Part shown: positions 62,754-64,000 of the stretch, one piece after another | How positions within the stretch are numbered: the stretch's first letter is position 1 | Layout: every line of letters starts with the position of its first letter | Origin: a bacterium | GTDB taxonomy: Bacteria; Hinthialibacterota; Hinthialibacteria; Hinthialibacterales; Hinthialibacteraceae | Length of the DNA stretch: 64,000 nucleotides | Assembly (NCBI GenBank): GCA_963662285.2 | Contig: CAXXMV010000006.1 | Span: 1,424,284-1,488,283 of the forward strand | Direction: 5' to 3' | Made by a program: the position numbers and the translations under genes | Notes under the pieces: generated by a model | What the model was told of the DNA's origin: nothing | The model's input: the letters and a program-made list of their open reading frames with translations, nothing else | Database searches by the model: none

Positions 62754-63488
62754 TTATGTATTTTGAGGATTTGGTATAAGGCGTGTTACGTAAGGCGTTT
62801 GATATAAATCATATCCATCATCTAGATGATTTTTAGGTTTCACTTTCTTTTTGGGGGATTGAATCAATTTCACTCCACGAACCACTATTACCAGGTCTTG
62901 ATAATCATTATCCCCGGTGAATTCCCAACATATTACATACCAATTCTGTTTGATGCCGGATTTTGTTTTATAAGGATATATCCGGGCTTTATGGATATGG
63001 CCATCAAAACGCGTGATGGGTTTATTCCTCTTATCCTGGGTATAAACAGTCTCTTTTTTTACTGAAAAAGTAGGATTAAATGCGGCGCTTTGCACGAAAA
63101 ATCCGAAGGGACTTGGTGGCGGAACAAACCGGTATGGCCCTCGCGGCGTTGCCGGGAGACCTGAAATCCGGCTTTGACCATCAACCTCCGATCCACTTTC
63201 GAATAATGTATGAAGGCGGGTGGGAGCGCCTAAAGAATAATAACCAAACCTGATTTTTGCAGTTTCTGGTTCTTGGGTAGATGAATATTTTGCTGCAAGA
63301 ACAATTTCTACTTTTGGTTCAACTTTTATAAATAATCCTTGTAAAGAGGCGCTATTTTTAATGTAATCGATCTGGTTTAACATAAATCCAAGATCATCCA
63401 GAACTTTTTTTACTGGCGGTTCGTTATTTTGCGCAAAACAGACGCTCGAAATAAGCGCCAATATAACTATACTGATTAGGCGCGTCAT
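62754..63488 (-). CDS. Hypothetical secreted protein
   Basis: The signal peptide is MTRLISIVILALISSVCFAQ. I prefer the ATG at 63488, which lies 7 nt after AGGAG, although the track ORF starts at 63503. No family was recognised. Confidence 0.6.
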   Translation of the reverse strand: MTRLISIVILALISSVCFAQNNEPPVKKVLDDLGFMLNQIDYIKNSASLQGLFIKVEPKVEIVLAAKYSSTQEPETAKIRFGYYSLGAPTRLHTLFESGSEVDGQSRISGLPATPRGPYRFVPPPSPFGFFVQSAAFNPTFSVKKETVYTQDKRNKPITRFDGHIHKARIYPYKTKSGIKQNWYVICWEFTGDNDYQDLVIVVRGVKLIQSPKKKVKPKNHLDDGYDLYQTPYVTRLIPNPQNT

Positions 63489-63636
63489 AAAAATACTCCT
63501 CATTTACTTTTACTATGGGAATTATCACAAACTGATTGTAATACTGATAACATTTTCATTCATCCCCCTTCAATCAGGGACTGGTTTTTGTTCAAATAAA
63601 AGCCTCTATTTTTTATCTCTGATAGGAGTTGCACCC

Positions 63637-64000
63637 ATGAGTAACATTTCACTATCCAGAAGGTCCTTCGTGACAAAGTCAGTTGCTGGAGCCGTTTTGG
63701 CGTCGAGCGTCGCAACCAATAGTCTGGCCGATTCCACCGAAGTGGTGGATGCTAAAAAAACAGACGATTCCAAAGGTTCCCAGAGGCTCAGTCTGGATCA
63801 ATTAAAAAAGTGGGAAGCTCTGCAATATGGCATGTTTATCCATTTCGGTATGAGTACCTTTGTTTCTAACGAACTTCCAACAGGTAATGATGATCCTATA
63901 GTATACGCCCCGGATCGGCTGGACGTCGATCAGTGGGTCAGCGTCGCACGGGATTCTGGGATGAAATACGCTGTATTAACTACTAAGCATGTTGCCGGTC
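63637..64000 (+). CDS. Alpha-L-fucosidase (GH29) with a Tat signal; the N-terminal 121 codons are present and the 3' end lies outside the window
   Basis: The Tat signal is SRRSFVTKSVAGAVLASS. The motifs WEALQYGMFIHFGMSTF and DVDQWVSVARDSGMKYAVLTTKHVAG match the GH29 N-terminus (GmFiHwG ... W..lak.aGakY.vlttKHhdG). Confidence 0.8.
   Translation, partial: MSNISLSRRSFVTKSVAGAVLASSVATNSLADSTEVVDAKKTDDSKGSQRLSLDQLKKWEALQYGMFIHFGMSTFVSNELPTGNDDPIVYAPDRLDVDQWVSVARDSGMKYAVLTTKHVAG

Noticed and set aside
1-64000. A search for tRNA or rRNA genes, integrases and transposases.
   Set aside because: I saw no cloverleaf-like sequences, rRNA-like conserved blocks, or integrase/transposase motifs in any long ORF. 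The absence is based on visual inspection only. tRNAscan-SE or Infernal would be decisive.

Overview
This is a 64-kb bacterial contig that looks metagenome-derived. I support about 50 protein-coding genes, no rRNA or tRNA genes, and no CRISPR array. The backbone is a secreted or periplasmic carbohydrate-scavenging repertoire. It includes Tat-signal Gfo/Idh/MocA oxidoreductases, xylose-isomerase-like TIM barrels, a sulfatase, DUF1080, heparinase II/III, GH29 and an orphan prepilin-type protein. That gene content resembles PVC-superphylum-like uncultivated heterotrophs, but the taxonomic call is inference only. Housekeeping and regulatory genes include deaD, cheV, a split transketolase, citrate synthase, dtxR-feoAB, a propeller-type histidine kinase, a CotH kinase and a bacterial ROCO (LRR-Roc-COR) protein. 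The main result is a very AT-rich accessory island at about 26.5-32.75 kb. It holds a RelE-type toxin-antitoxin pair, an AAA-ATPase/RloB (AbiL-like) pair, and a two-gene operon. The operon encodes a catalytically dead, PAZ-less Argonaute (633 aa) followed by a minimal stand-alone SIR2_2 protein (350 aa). This resembles SPARSA or long-B pAgo-SIR2 systems, but the domains are split between the two proteins in an unusual way. The second notable layer is a dense set of structured intergenic repeats. There are three hairpin families plus about 125-bp mosaic elements, more than 20 copies in total. One mosaic copy is interrupted by a 351-bp MITE-like insertion with 17-bp terminal inverted repeats and a 10-bp target-site duplication. 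There is also a 57-bp tandem hairpin array downstream of citrate synthase. All functional calls rest on motif recognition by eye from the translations. No database search was run.
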